DNA of 64,000 nucleotides from Iphione sp. A-MEVVRFRX5 (lineage: Eukaryota). How positions within the stretch are numbered: position 1 is the stretch's first letter; the number at the start of each line of letters is the position of its first letter. The stretch covers positions 43,648,001-43,712,000 of the forward strand of contig OZ320316.1 of assembly GCA_976226885.1 (NCBI GenBank), written 5' to 3'. Made by a program: the position numbers and the translations under genes. Of the stretch, positions 47,705 to 59,120 are shown in pieces. The notes under the pieces are model-generated. The model saw only the letters and a program-made list of their open reading frames with translations. It searched no databases and was not told the DNA's origin.

Positions 47705-50437
47705 ATGAAAGGTGTCAAGTTTCTTTTATACAACATTAGGAGCCTGAGGGGCAAGATGGACGCATTTAAAATGCATATGGACAATGAAAAGGTGCACATC
47801 TGCATCTTGACCGAGACGTGGCTCAACAACACTCACACAGATGGTGAGGTCTCTGTACCTGGTTACAAGATATTCCGCGCCAACCGAGTCCGGCGCCATA
47901 AGCAGAGAGGGGGTGGACTGGCGATCTACGTTAGAGAAGACATCAAAATCATTGACACCATGAACTACACCATCCAAGACGGCGAATGTGAATATATAGG
48001 TCTGGTGATGAAGTTCGGCATGCGATGCCCGCACCTCTTCGTGGGCGTGTACCGACCACCACACGATCGCATGAGGGATTCCATCGGCGGACTGGAGAAA
48101 GTACTACAGGAAGCTGCAAAACGAGGACGATGTGATGTCACCATAGCAGGGGATTTGAATTTCGACTACCTAGGCAATGAGAAAGCAGGAACAGGAATTA
48201 CTAGCCTCTTTGCAAGCTATGGATTTAGCCAAGTAGTGCAAGAGAGCACGATGGTGGCTTCAGACCACTGCCTGGACCAGGTGTGGATTAACTACCGAGG
48301 GAAGGTAGAATCCAATACACTGGAGTGGACGCTAAGTGACCACCTCCCTGTAAAGGTCGGTATAAAGAAAGGCAGTCCTAAAAAGAAGATCGTAGAGAGA
48401 GAGGTAAGGCACTGGAGGAGAGCGGACATCGACGCGTTGAACGAAGATTTACATCGAGATGGGATACACTGGGATGAGGACGCAGCGACCGCTTGGGCTA
48501 AATTTGAAGCTCGAGCGAGAGAGGTACTTGAGAAGATGTGTCCAACCAAAATGGTGAGGCGGAGATGCAACACTGACGGGTTCCGGCCCAGCGACGAAAC
48601 GATGGAGCTCATCGCGGACAAGGCCTACTATCTAAGGAAATGGAAGAAGGAGAAGTGCATTGATGCATTTAGAATCTTCAAATTTCTAAACAAGGCAGTA
48701 AGCCGCGCCATCGCAGCAGACCGAAAACGACATTGGGAGTTCAAACTACTGGAAGCAGGGAAGGACACCTCGAAACTGTGGGGTGTCATGAACGAGGCAC
48801 TCGGAAGGAAGCGTGGCCAAATGGTATTACCGGAAGCGACTGCAAACGGCGAGAAAGTAGCAGACCAACTGAATGACTACTTCATAGACACGGTGGCTGA
48901 CCTAGCAGACAAGAGTACGGCTGATGCACAACCTGTCATACCAGCCCATCGTGGCGACACTTTTGACGTAAAGCTACCGGGACCAGCTGGACTTAGACCT
49001 TTGGTCGCGAGGTTAAATACAGCAAAGGCGTCAGGAGTGGATGGTGTCCCATCAAGGATTCTTAAACCGCTACTACTGAAAAATCTGGACTTCCTACACT
49101 GGATCTTCGAGAAAATCATGGAATCGGGAAGGTACCCGGACACGTGGAAACTCGCGCGGGTGACACCACTCCACAAGAAAGGAGACACCAATGCCCCGGG
49201 TAATTATAGACCCGTGTCGATTTTGCCTCTCCCAGGCAAAATCTTCGAGCGCTGGTTCGTGGGAGAGGTGACGCGACATCTGGAAGAGCGGAAGTTCATC
49301 AGCGAGCAGCAACATGGCTTCAGGCGAGGGCACAGTACAGAGACTGCGATAGTGTCACTGCTTGGTGATATCTATGAATCAACGAACGCAGGACTGTACT
49401 GTTGCCTGTTGGCGTTCGACATGAGGAAGGCATTCGATTTGGTGCCTTCCTCGGGTGTCATCAACAGATTACAACTAGCGGGAGCATGCACTAGAGTGTG
49501 CAGACTAGTGAAGAACTACTTCCACAACAGAAGGCAATTTGTCTTCTGTTTGGATGAGAAATCGAAGACCAGAGCCATTGAACACGGGGTCCCACAGGGG
49601 TCCGTATTCGGACCGACAGCGTTCTGCCTTGTGATGGACGAGTTGGTGAATCATCTACCAGATTACTGTCACGCAGCACTTTATGCAGACGACCTGTCGA
49701 TTGTAGTGAAAGCCAGAGACCTGCTGCGCCTGCGGAGCGCCTGTCAACGCACAGTCACCCTGGTGGCCGACTGGTGCGCCAGCACCGGCTTGCTCCTGTC
49801 AGAGGGTAAATGTTGCTATATGCCGCTTGGCAAAGCAACGAATACGCCGCTTGACATCAAGGTAAACGGGCAGGAACTATCCATGGTATCGCATCTACAG
49901 CTGCTAGGGTACCATCTTGACGCCCGCCTGAACATGCGGGAAGCTCTCAAGGGGGTGAAGAAGAAAATGTGGAGTGCCTCGCTAAAAATTGCAAGGATCA
50001 AGAGGCAGGTCCCCTGGAAAATCTGCATGAAGTTGTTCAAGGCGCTGGTCTTACCGCACCTGCAGTATGAAGCAATTCTAATATACGGCAGTGCCAAATC
50101 TGTGACACTGAATCTGCAGGTCCACCTAAATCGTTGTGTACGACTTTGCCTCCAGACGAAGGCAAACATGACGGTCAAAACGATCTGTGACAGAGGGGGG
50201 ATTGTCCGGGTGGAGGAACTGGTACAAAAAAGAGCCCTGGCAGCGGTTCACCGTCAAGTAAAGCTCGGGCTTTGGAAAATGGGTAAGCGTTCAAGAACCA
50301 GAGGCGGTCAAACACTGCGCATCAAGGTCGACCGACCGAGGAGCAAAGTTTTCAAAAGAAGTCTGAGATACGCAGCGGCAATAATGTGGAATGAGCTGCC
50401 AAACAGCCAGAAAGGGATGGCGGCACTAAGGCTATGA
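47705..50437 (+). CDS. Non-LTR retrotransposon ORF2 (APE endonuclease + reverse transcriptase), CR1/L2 group, intact 910 aa
   Basis: APE motifs YNIRSL, LTETWL, GDLN, SDHLPV. RT motifs NYRPVSILP, QHGFRRG, DMRKAFD, GVPQGSVFGP, LYADD, LLGYHLD. C-terminal SLRYAAAIMWNELP. Confidence 0.97.
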   Translation: MKGVKFLLYNIRSLRGKMDAFKMHMDNEKVHICILTETWLNNTHTDGEVSVPGYKIFRANRVRRHKQRGGGLAIYVREDIKIIDTMNYTIQDGECEYIGLVMKFGMRCPHLFVGVYRPPHDRMRDSIGGLEKVLQEAAKRGRCDVTIAGDLNFDYLGNEKAGTGITSLFASYGFSQVVQESTMVASDHCLDQVWINYRGKVESNTLEWTLSDHLPVKVGIKKGSPKKKIVEREVRHWRRADIDALNEDLHRDGIHWDEDAATAWAKFEARAREVLEKMCPTKMVRRRCNTDGFRPSDETMELIADKAYYLRKWKKEKCIDAFRIFKFLNKAVSRAIAADRKRHWEFKLLEAGKDTSKLWGVMNEALGRKRGQMVLPEATANGEKVADQLNDYFIDTVADLADKSTADAQPVIPAHRGDTFDVKLPGPAGLRPLVARLNTAKASGVDGVPSRILKPLLLKNLDFLHWIFEKIMESGRYPDTWKLARVTPLHKKGDTNAPGNYRPVSILPLPGKIFERWFVGEVTRHLEERKFISEQQHGFRRGHSTETAIVSLLGDIYESTNAGLYCCLLAFDMRKAFDLVPSSGVINRLQLAGACTRVCRLVKNYFHNRRQFVFCLDEKSKTRAIEHGVPQGSVFGPTAFCLVMDELVNHLPDYCHAALYADDLSIVVKARDLLRLRSACQRTVTLVADWCASTGLLLSEGKCCYMPLGKATNTPLDIKVNGQELSMVSHLQLLGYHLDARLNMREALKGVKKKMWSASLKIARIKRQVPWKICMKLFKALVLPHLQYEAILIYGSAKSVTLNLQVHLNRCVRLCLQTKANMTVKTICDRGGIVRVEELVQKRALAAVHRQVKLGLWKMGKRSRTRGGQTLRIKVDRPRSKVFKRSLRYAAAIMWNELPNSQKGMAALRL

Positions 50438-51279
50438 GGTTGAAGAGTGAGAGTACGAGGACAGAAAACAACTAGTACGGCTGAAGACGTAACATGGCGG
50501 CAACGTCACACAAGGAGGAGCTCATCCGGATATGCCGGAATATACACAACACATTTATAAGATTCTCACAGTTGGGAGTGTGTAGCATGTGAATGTCGCA
50601 CATTTGCTTAACGTTAACTTGCAAGCTACTAACACTCGAAAGGGTTGAAAGCAATCGACAAATGCCCCAGCCAAACTTCGGCACCTAACACACTGATCTA
50701 CCCCTCTGGGACTCTGATTGAAAGACATGGGAGAAGGGGGATTTGCTTATCTATGGCTATAGAAGACAGTTCGGGGGAAGAGATACAACCTGGGCTAAAT
50801 ATTTACATTACAGGGGCATGGGAATGACACTGCTCATGTTAATAATCAAGGGGAGGGCCGCAGGGAAGTGAAACACGGCACAATGGGACAGTAGTTTGCA
50901 ATAGACAATAACGGATAAAAACAGCTTTTAAGATAAGTGGATGGGACAAGGGTATTGGGCAAGGCGCACAGAGAAGGTACATGGCTCCAATCTAACGAAG
51001 CTGATACGACATGTGCTACTGTCATCACGGAGGTTGAATATGACGAGCTCAAGTACAAGGAGCCAAATATTACTTCACGTGCTCAGTATAATGATAGATG
51101 TTCTTTACGCAATGAGACTGCACACTACAATTCCTGTACATAAAATGTTTATTTAGTACAATGTATCTCGATTACACATTATTCTAAGAGAGATCACTAT
51201 TTCAGCTGATAATGACAAGGCGATTGCACACAATGTTCCATTGCCCAAGGAAACCTTTGTACACTGACAAAGATTGGTC

Positions 51280-51310
51280 AATAAAGAATTGAATTGAATT
51301 GAATTGAATT
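51280..51310 (+). repeat. LINE-type 3' tail: AATAAA followed by (GAATT)5
   Basis: Poly(A)-like signal directly followed by a pentanucleotide microsatellite, as in CR1/L2 tails. It lies 843 bp after the ORF2 stop, so its link to that ORF is inferred. Confidence 0.65.
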
Positions 51311-51462
51311 TCACTCAATGAAACCCTTATTTTTCAGTCTGCACAGAAAAAACAATTGACTGTTGTGACATCATTCGGGTGTAGTGGACGATTGCCATAC
51401 CAAAGAAACAGTCAAAAAAACTGCAAGCACCTGTGAGACCTCATTTTTCGATACTTTTACTG

Positions 51463-52378
51463 ACTATTCTAATGAAATGTGATACTTCATGCGCAGGAAA
51501 GGAGAATTCGGATCATACATTACAGTGAATTCAATGAAGTAAGTTCAGATGAAATGGCTTCTCATTTGCCAGTATTTGACCGTACACATTCAATGGTTTT
51601 AACACATTCATAAACACAGTCCCTCTCCACTGTCTAGAATCTTTCCACCCGAGTGCCCCCCCCCGTCTACTTTCAAACTCTACCCACTGCTTGCAAAATC
51701 TTGCAACTGGTAACGTGCCCTCCTCACTTTTTTCTCTCAGATGTCTCCACTGTCTCCCAACCAATGTGACCGTAAAGATGTGATACAGTGCAGTGGAAGT
51801 GAGACGTTGAACATCATTAAGACAGAGGAGAAACTGAGGTTGGGTGAGACAGGCAGAGGAATGAACACAAATAAGGGAAAGTTGGAGCTTCTATTAAGGT
51901 GTTTTTAATGCCCTGAAGGTTTCACCATAGACCCTTACCATTTGTAACAATAAAGACGAGGTGATTGGAGGGCGGGGGTGGGGGGTGGGGCAGAGCATCA
52001 GTAAGGGAGAGTGAAGGATAGAGAGGGGCATGCCAATCTCAGTGGTATGCTGCTGATATAATCTGTACAGTACATTACACGAACCTGCCCTAGAGGGCAG
52101 CTGTGTAATGAAACGGTTCAAGTTGTTCTGCCTGAGCATGAAAAATCCTGTATTTCATGGAGAAACTATTCTAATGAAATGTGATACTTCATGCGCAGGA
52201 AAGGAGAATTCGGATCATACATTACAGTGAATTCAATGAAGTAAGTTCAGATGAAATGGCTTCTCATTTGCCAGTATTTGACACGTACACACGAACCTGC
52301 CCTAGAGGGCAGCTGTGTAATGAAACGGTTCAAGTTGTTCTGCCTGAGCACGAAAAATCCTGTATTTCATGTAGAAAC
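51463..52378 (+). repeat. Split direct repeats A...B-A-B
   Basis: Block A (118 bp) at 51463-51580 and 52165-52282, identical by eye. Block B (83 bp) at 52077-52159 and 52289-52371, one mismatch. About 490 unique bp lie between A1 and B1. Confidence 0.9.
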
Positions 52379-53997
52379 CTCACAGACTTGGAAGCACAGA
52401 CGCACAGTGATCTGGAATAAATATACCTGACAGTGACATCGAAGGATACACCAGGGAGCTAGTAGTTATAAGTATAAATCATTTACCGCTGCAACCTACT
52501 GAAGAAAATCGCCGACAGACCATATGGAAACCTCCAGCGGAGGGTGAGAGCCACTGAGAAGATGGTGACACTGGACAGTGCACTAGGGAGCCATCAGTAC
52601 GGTCAGATCATCGTTGTCCCCCAAACGAGATGTTTTGTAAGCACGTAGGGCGATATGTATTGTCTGGATGAGTATGGATCTCCTCTGGACGAATATACAT
52701 CGATGTTAGGCCGTCAGGAGCAAAGAATCATTGCTGACAACATCTACAAATCGCCAAGAGCTAATAAGGACGCTGGACCGAGCGTTGTGAGGATGCCAGA
52801 GGGGAATCCGTTCGCCTACTGGGCCTCTAACGCATTTCATTAATGTTTGTCAGTGTCGATGAGTGATAGAAGGTAAATTTACAGTGTGCACATCACAACA
52901 GTATTAATAATAGACTGCTAAAACATATGTATAAGCCTGTGTGATAACGTACAATCTTCGACGGGTACTGAAAGAGTGTATATACAACCAACATCATGCA
53001 GACAACTGCATACAGTATTATACAGCACAGAAAAGGAGAAAACATCTCTTCTCGACAAAGTGTGAATAAACACACTACACGTGACGGTAGTTGAAGTGAA
53101 ATGGATATGTCTGCCTTTATTAAAGCTTAAATGCTTACTATTCACTGATCACTTTTGGGGCCATAACTCCGCCCACTCCAAATAACTCATCACCACATAC
53201 ATGCCTCCAACAAAGACATCTTGCTGCCCCCCTAAGCCTATCCAATGCTAAAAGACTTCTCTTCGACAGCTCTAACATAGAATCTATTTGCTGAAAAAAT
53301 ACCAAATGTTGCTCAGAATCATTGTTAATGTATCCTCTTTATGCACACAAAAGCAAATAATTATAACTGCAAGATTAACACAGGATTGTAACCTTCCCAT
53401 AGACTGCAATACTAGACATCTGTGTTTATCTATGATTCAAATTCTCATGCTTTTTAAAGTGTGCTTCCTGATTGGTCAGATTCAACTGCCACTCATAAAA
53501 AGTGATCGGTGAATAGTAGGGTCATCGAGCCATTTTAATGTGTAAAGTATCATGTTGTTAAAAAATTTGAAAAAAACACAATTGTTACTGTCCACATCTG
53601 TTGTCATGTGGACTGAGAGCATAGAAGCAGAAGCATGCATTTCTACTATAAACTTGTGGTATGCATAAGTCTTGCCCTAAACGCAAGCAGACCTTGTGCA
53701 TATCAGTATTTAGCAATCACTCTACGCGGATTGGAAATATTCCATGCGAGAGACATCTGTTCTGTCAGATGAAGAAATAAGAGAATGAGAAAGTTGACTA
53801 ATATTTGTGCTGCCTTCATCATGAGCCTTTTTGGGGGACTTTATAAATACTGAAAAACCAATTTATGGTCAACAAGCATCTGCAGCAGGGGACGACATAC
53901 CAGTGTAGACCTCTAGCTAGCGGTTATCGTTTTGTCTCCTGTGTCCTGTAATATCATTAAGTATGCAATATAGAAGAAGATGAATACAAGCAAAACA

Positions 53998-54173
53998 CAG
54001 TTGAAACTCTATTTATAACCATCCCTAGGGACTACGCTCAACTGGTCGTATTAACGAATTTGTTCATAAATCGATCACAATTCCCATAGAAACTATGATT
54101 TGGTTGCCATCTTAAATGGTCAGAAATGGGATATGGTCGTAAATTGATGTGGTCATAAATAGAGTCTCCACTG
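53998..54173. mobile_element. Tigger/pogo-type MITE, 176 bp
   Basis: TIRs CAGTTGAAACTCTATTTATAACCA and (reverse complement) CAGTGGAGACTCTATTTATGACCA. TA on the right flank, CA on the left. Confidence 0.75.
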
Positions 54174-54267
54174 TAATTCTGAATCCATGTTCTGGTGCTT
54201 CTAACCTGAACCAATTGACATGAGTAGGGACAGAAGTGAGAATTTGAGAATTGTTGTGGATGAGAGT

Positions 54268-54495
54268 ACACCAGTACCTACCTCTACAAAACAAGCAGAG
54301 CTGGAGACTGATAAGGACCCAGCACTTGCTCGTGAGAGGCAGTATGTCTGGACTGGTTACTGGACATATTAAGAGATGAATCACTGTTTGCATATCAATG
54401 AACTCTGTATGATAGGAATCCTATTTTCATGGGCGGGAACACTCCCTGACAGACTCTTCGTGGTTCTACACTGTTTTTGCAATCTACACAACACC
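54268..54495 (+). mobile_element. Gypsy-type pol relic (RNase H-integrase linker)
   Basis: PVPTSTKQAELETDKDPALARERQYVWTGYW and NEL...LPDRL...LH resemble the PVTxxxIxxETxKDPxLxxxxxYxxxGW and ELS...IPxxL...LH segments of Gypsy pol. Confidence 0.4.
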
Positions 54496-54988
54496 AATAT
54501 GATAGAAAACCTGGTACTTGTAGAGACAAAACTTTCCAAAAACAACTGACAAGAAGTAGATCTTTGCCTTACACATTAAGAATGTGAAGGCATCAGCAGG
54601 ACAACGAGCGATCATGATAAAGATCAGGGATGGACACACATATGAAAAGCTTTTGTAAGTCAAGCAACAAATGTTAGTTGGTCGAGGACTTTTGTTCTTA
54701 AACACTGCTAGGCCATTGCCAGATGTGACTGCTGATTGATAAGTTCCTTAGCTACATCTGCTTTTATAAGGTGAAGTCTTTATAAAAACATATTGTAATG
54801 AATGTGTGCTTTTCAGTCATTGAACATCTTATTTTATTGAAAATTGGTACGGTGGATGACTTGGTAACTAAATCCCAAACAGTGTTCCAGAGAAGATGAA
54901 CTGGAATGGCATTCTGGCAAATGTCTCCCTGTATGTGAATAAGTATTGTAGGCTAAAGCCTAGGTTTAGTAACACTGCTGCTAGTGGG

Positions 54989-55470
54989 GGTCATTGAGTA
55001 CAAGACTTGGGGTCAATGAGTGCAACTCCTGATGCCACTGTTACATACACTTAGAGGTCAATGAGTGTAGTTTGATGACTTTCCACTACTGTGTTACTCT
55101 GCTGTGATTGGTTGATAATTTTATGGAAATTTTCACTTCTGAGTTACTCTACTCTGATTGGCTAGTGGGACATCACCCCACCTCCCTTATTTGGTATTGA
55201 AGCTGTGATTGGTTACTGCGAGATCACCCCATATCTCCTATTTATGGAGGGAGCTCTCTGATTGGTAGAAAACATCTATAGCTTGTTACTTAGTATCTTT
55301 TATAAGGGAAAGTGTACTAATTGGCTGAAAACATTCTTTCTAATATGATACATTGTTGCAACTGATGGAAATGTGTTTTAATTGGTTAGTTAGCGAGGCT
55401 ATGCCTCTGATTGGTGGATTAGCACTTAGAAAGGCTATATAAACACTGGTTTTGGAAGGAAATAAACAGT
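54989..55470 (+). promoter_or_regulatory. Promoter-like block (gene promoter or LTR U3) with seven CCAAT boxes
   Basis: GGTCA(A/T)TGAGT x3 (54989, 55011, 55056). ATTGG at 55107, 55157, 55208, 55261, 55320, 55381 and 55410. TATATAAA at 55436, AATAAA at 55461, Inr-like CAGTT at ~55467. Confidence 0.65.
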
Positions 55471-57904
55471 TTGGAATCAGCAGCTATGGTGTTCACAGCA
55501 AATTTATTGGTCCACTTTACAGTATTATGTAAGGATGTTGCAGAAAGGGTGATAAAATGTTGGTAAAAAGTAAGCAAGATGTAGCAAATGTTGGCTAAAC
55601 ATCATTTATTGTGCAATAGCCACTAGGGTACGAATATGTATAAGGTAGGAAACGTGAATAGTGAGGTAGATCTTCGTTTTGAATTTGACACCTGTGTGGA
55701 CATCAATCTTTCACAAGAAACTACACCTCATCACAGACAGGGACATGTTGCAATATGCAAGATGTCCCCAGGTATGAGAAACTAATGCACACTGGGTTGC
55801 AATTAAACTAAGTGCACTTTATGAGACTGTTTAAGCAAAGATTAAATTGTGGTCTTTAGCGCATGTGCCAACAATGAGCTTCTTCTGAGGCAGTTATTCT
55901 CACCATGAAGAAATGTCCACGCAAGTATCAGCTTCTAAGTGAATGTAACATGTTCATTCAAGTTTTCTGCCTTTTATACATTTACACCCTGGTGTAATTT
56001 TATGATACGCAGTATTCTACCAATGTTTTTCTTGTTTTCAGTATGTTCACATTGTAACAATGATGTTTACTTTTTTCACATTAATTCTTATACATTACAC
56101 ATAACCAATGATGAACCATTGGTCTGCTGGATTACTCCAGCTTCACTTGACGGAGCACTCATCTGACAAGCTTCAAGAAGTAACATACCGACACCAGAGC
56201 AATGCCAATCCAGTGATTGCAACCTAAATGCATCACAAAAGTAAGAATTAACTGTTTTATTATGCATTTCACATTAATGGGACGGCACAATCCAGATGAC
56301 TTTTGATAAGGTATACAACCCTTTATATCAAACCAGAATTATTCCATAACCGCATTACATTTTTGTGCAAATTTATGATAAGGTCTTCCTTGCACTTTTG
56401 CATAGATTATTGCCATTTGCCATGTTATGTAATACACGATTGTGGACATAAAAATAGCAAGCTTTTTTTTGGTGTGACTTCAGGCTGATACGACACAGAC
56501 ACTGGTATATAATGGCAATGATCCATAGTTTTTAACCGTTGAATGAAGTCCTTGAGTAAAATGTCAGCAGTACAGACAGTGTTCATGGCATGTACCTATA
56601 TTTAATATGAACAAGGGTTAAAGTATCATCTTGTATACATTTGATGAAGAAACGGTAGATATATGATACATTAAGAGACTAAAATAATCATGATGACCTA
56701 TCACGAATAGGTTGATGGTGTAGAGATTTCATGCGGCCAAAAGAGACTTCTAAGGTGCTGCACCAGCGGTCAGGATATTATTGTATCTATGTCAATTAAT
56801 TTGATGGTGTTGTCGGTATATTATCTGTTTATACGCACCATACTGACGATGTATCTTTCTACAGGGAGTCTACATGTATTTTTGTGCCTGCAATGTTAAA
56901 GTGATATCCGTTGCTGGGTTGGCCCTAAGATGCCTCGAGGAAATATCAATAGATCGACAGTGAGGGTATATGGGCATCTAGGTTTGTCTCCTTAGATCAC
57001 GCGCAATGTACTAGAAAGGATGCACTGTCTCGATGTAATCTGCTAATGGATCAAGGATCTCGACGCTATAACTCGGTCAGTTGGAACAGTGTGCCTGGTG
57101 TGATACGCATCATTGTCCACTGAATGTCTTTAGAACAGTTCACTAGTATACGTCTGAGGAGCAATTTATCACACGAACTGGTCAGTTCTCGGGAAATGAA
57201 TTATCAAGCACCGCACTATATAAAACGCAACTGAATATTTGGCTGGAGAATTTAATTTATTGTTATATGGTAAGGCAAGGGGCGTTAAAAATTATGCACT
57301 AATCTCGTACTGAATGAAAGTGATGGTATGACCTTTTCTATGGGTCCTCATGATATTCCTTTACATATTACATTACATATACACCATACATTGGATAATT
57401 TAAAGCAGATGTGTGATGAATTTATACAGGAATTCAGGTCTATTACAATTTATTAAAATACTGGTTCGGGTACTGTTTGAAAGAATACGTGGACATCTTG
57501 CATTTCAGGGAAGAGGGATATATTGTGTCAATTAATTCATAGAAACGCAGGCCATTATTCCAGATCCTCAGACAGCAGAAAAAACAGCATATTTTCATTT
57601 AAATGTTGAGAGAGAGCGGCAGTGATATATGAAAGAAATCATACGTATGATTTCAGAATAAACCTCGCTAAAGTTGAATACACGAAAGTGATGCCCACCC
57701 ATGTAATACTGCTTCATCGTGTTGTGCCTTTTAAGCCGACAACAGTGTCCTCAAGAAGGAGACTTGCTTGGCAAAATCCATACTGACATAGGAGTGTAAA
57801 AGTAGTTAGACTTGTAAAAGACAACGCCTGTAACAAGGTTTCAGACATATCACAAAACTTGCAGTTTAACTGCGTAGTTTTGAGACAGAGGACTGTGAGA
57901 CATG

Positions 57905-58298
57905 TCCAGTCTGCATTGCCAGCACGTAGGATATTGTCTGGGCCACAGTGGGACGTGCAGTCACCAGCATATAGGATTATAGTCTTCAACACAAAGCGAA
58001 ATATCTGATCTACATCCCTAGCAAAAAGAGCGTGTTCGCGAGCCCAGTGGGGCATCTGGTCCGCATCACCAGCATGTACGGTGCAGTCGTCAGTGTTATG
58101 GGACATATCTAACCTGCACTTCTAGCATATAGGATGCGGTAATTAGGTGATCGGGAGATATCCAGTGTGTATTGGAAGTATATAAGATGCAGGCATGAGT
58201 GTAAAGGGTCATTTGCAGCCTGGGGTGCCAGCATATAGGGTGCAGCCTTGAATACAACGGGACATATGCAGTCTGCACTACGAGCATATTGGATGCAG
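57905..58298 (+). repeat. Degenerate minisatellite, ~52-54-bp period
   Basis: A CCAGCATATAGGATGCAG-like core recurs at ~57919, 57964, 58069, 58122, 58174, 58228 and 58280. Confidence 0.65.
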
Positions 58299-58879
58299 CT
58301 TCACGTATTTAATCAATGATGGCTACCCAGTTAACACATCATGTTCAAAAACATTTATAGAATGTTGTGGCTTGGTTAGGTTATGATAAAACATTGACAC
58401 GATGTATAAATTATAAATTATACCCTTCAGTTAACATTAGAATTTAACATTCAGGCAGTATTGTAGTTTAGTTTGTAAACATTGTACAAGCCTTATTTTA
58501 TAACACTCAGGCAAGGTTAGAATTTATTCCAGTCTCGTGCTGGGATAGCGTCAGGTTACTGTACGCTAGCGGGGGTGCGATAAACAAGTGTGTACCAAAC
58601 ACTGTAATTGTTAAATGATTCAAAGTAGTGTCCAGCATATAAATATCTGTCGACCTCTTTGCATGAACCGAAATTATGGGAAATAATTACAATATGACAT
58701 TTAATCAGCTATATTTTAACGGAAAATTATGTTAAGAAAAATAGTCACTGAAAGTTTACTGACTGGATGGAATGTAAATATTAATAAGATGGTGCAGACT
58801 GTCAATTCGGTTTTTCTGATCCCCGATATAGCAAAAATGCACTCATATAAGATTGCAAATCAGCACAAAGGCAGAGAAA

Positions 58880-59120
58880 GATGATATTAACGGTTTAAAA
58901 CATTAGAAAAATACATATTACGACTTGTATAACATGGAAAAAGGTTTTGTTGGATGACAAGCAAGCAAGACAAGATGGAGAACTGCCTGTAACACCCCCT
59001 GCAAGCAAATGTAGCGCCAAATATTATATCAAAATTATTCGGCCACAGAGAGTTCAACAGTTTCCAACACTATGCTACAGCAAGTATAGGCCAACAAAAG
59101 CAGATGTGCAACATACCCTC
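58880..59120 (+). pseudogene. Crypton-type tyrosine recombinase C-terminal relic
   Basis: With one frameshift it reads RTACNT.LQANVAPNIISKLFGHREFNSFQHYATASIGQQKQMCNI. This matches the Crypton pattern RxTxxxxLLxAGV...I...GHxxxxSLxxY...SxxQQxxMSxI, including the His and catalytic Tyr positions. Confidence 0.55.

Noticed and set aside
47726-50178. Several minus-strand ORFs inside LINE ORF2
   Set aside because: Antisense shadows of a GC-rich coding sequence.
52440-52850. RTE-clade LINE 3' fragment (WKP, YIDV, DRAL words)
   Set aside because: The motifs fall in different frames with inconsistent spacing; not enough support to call.
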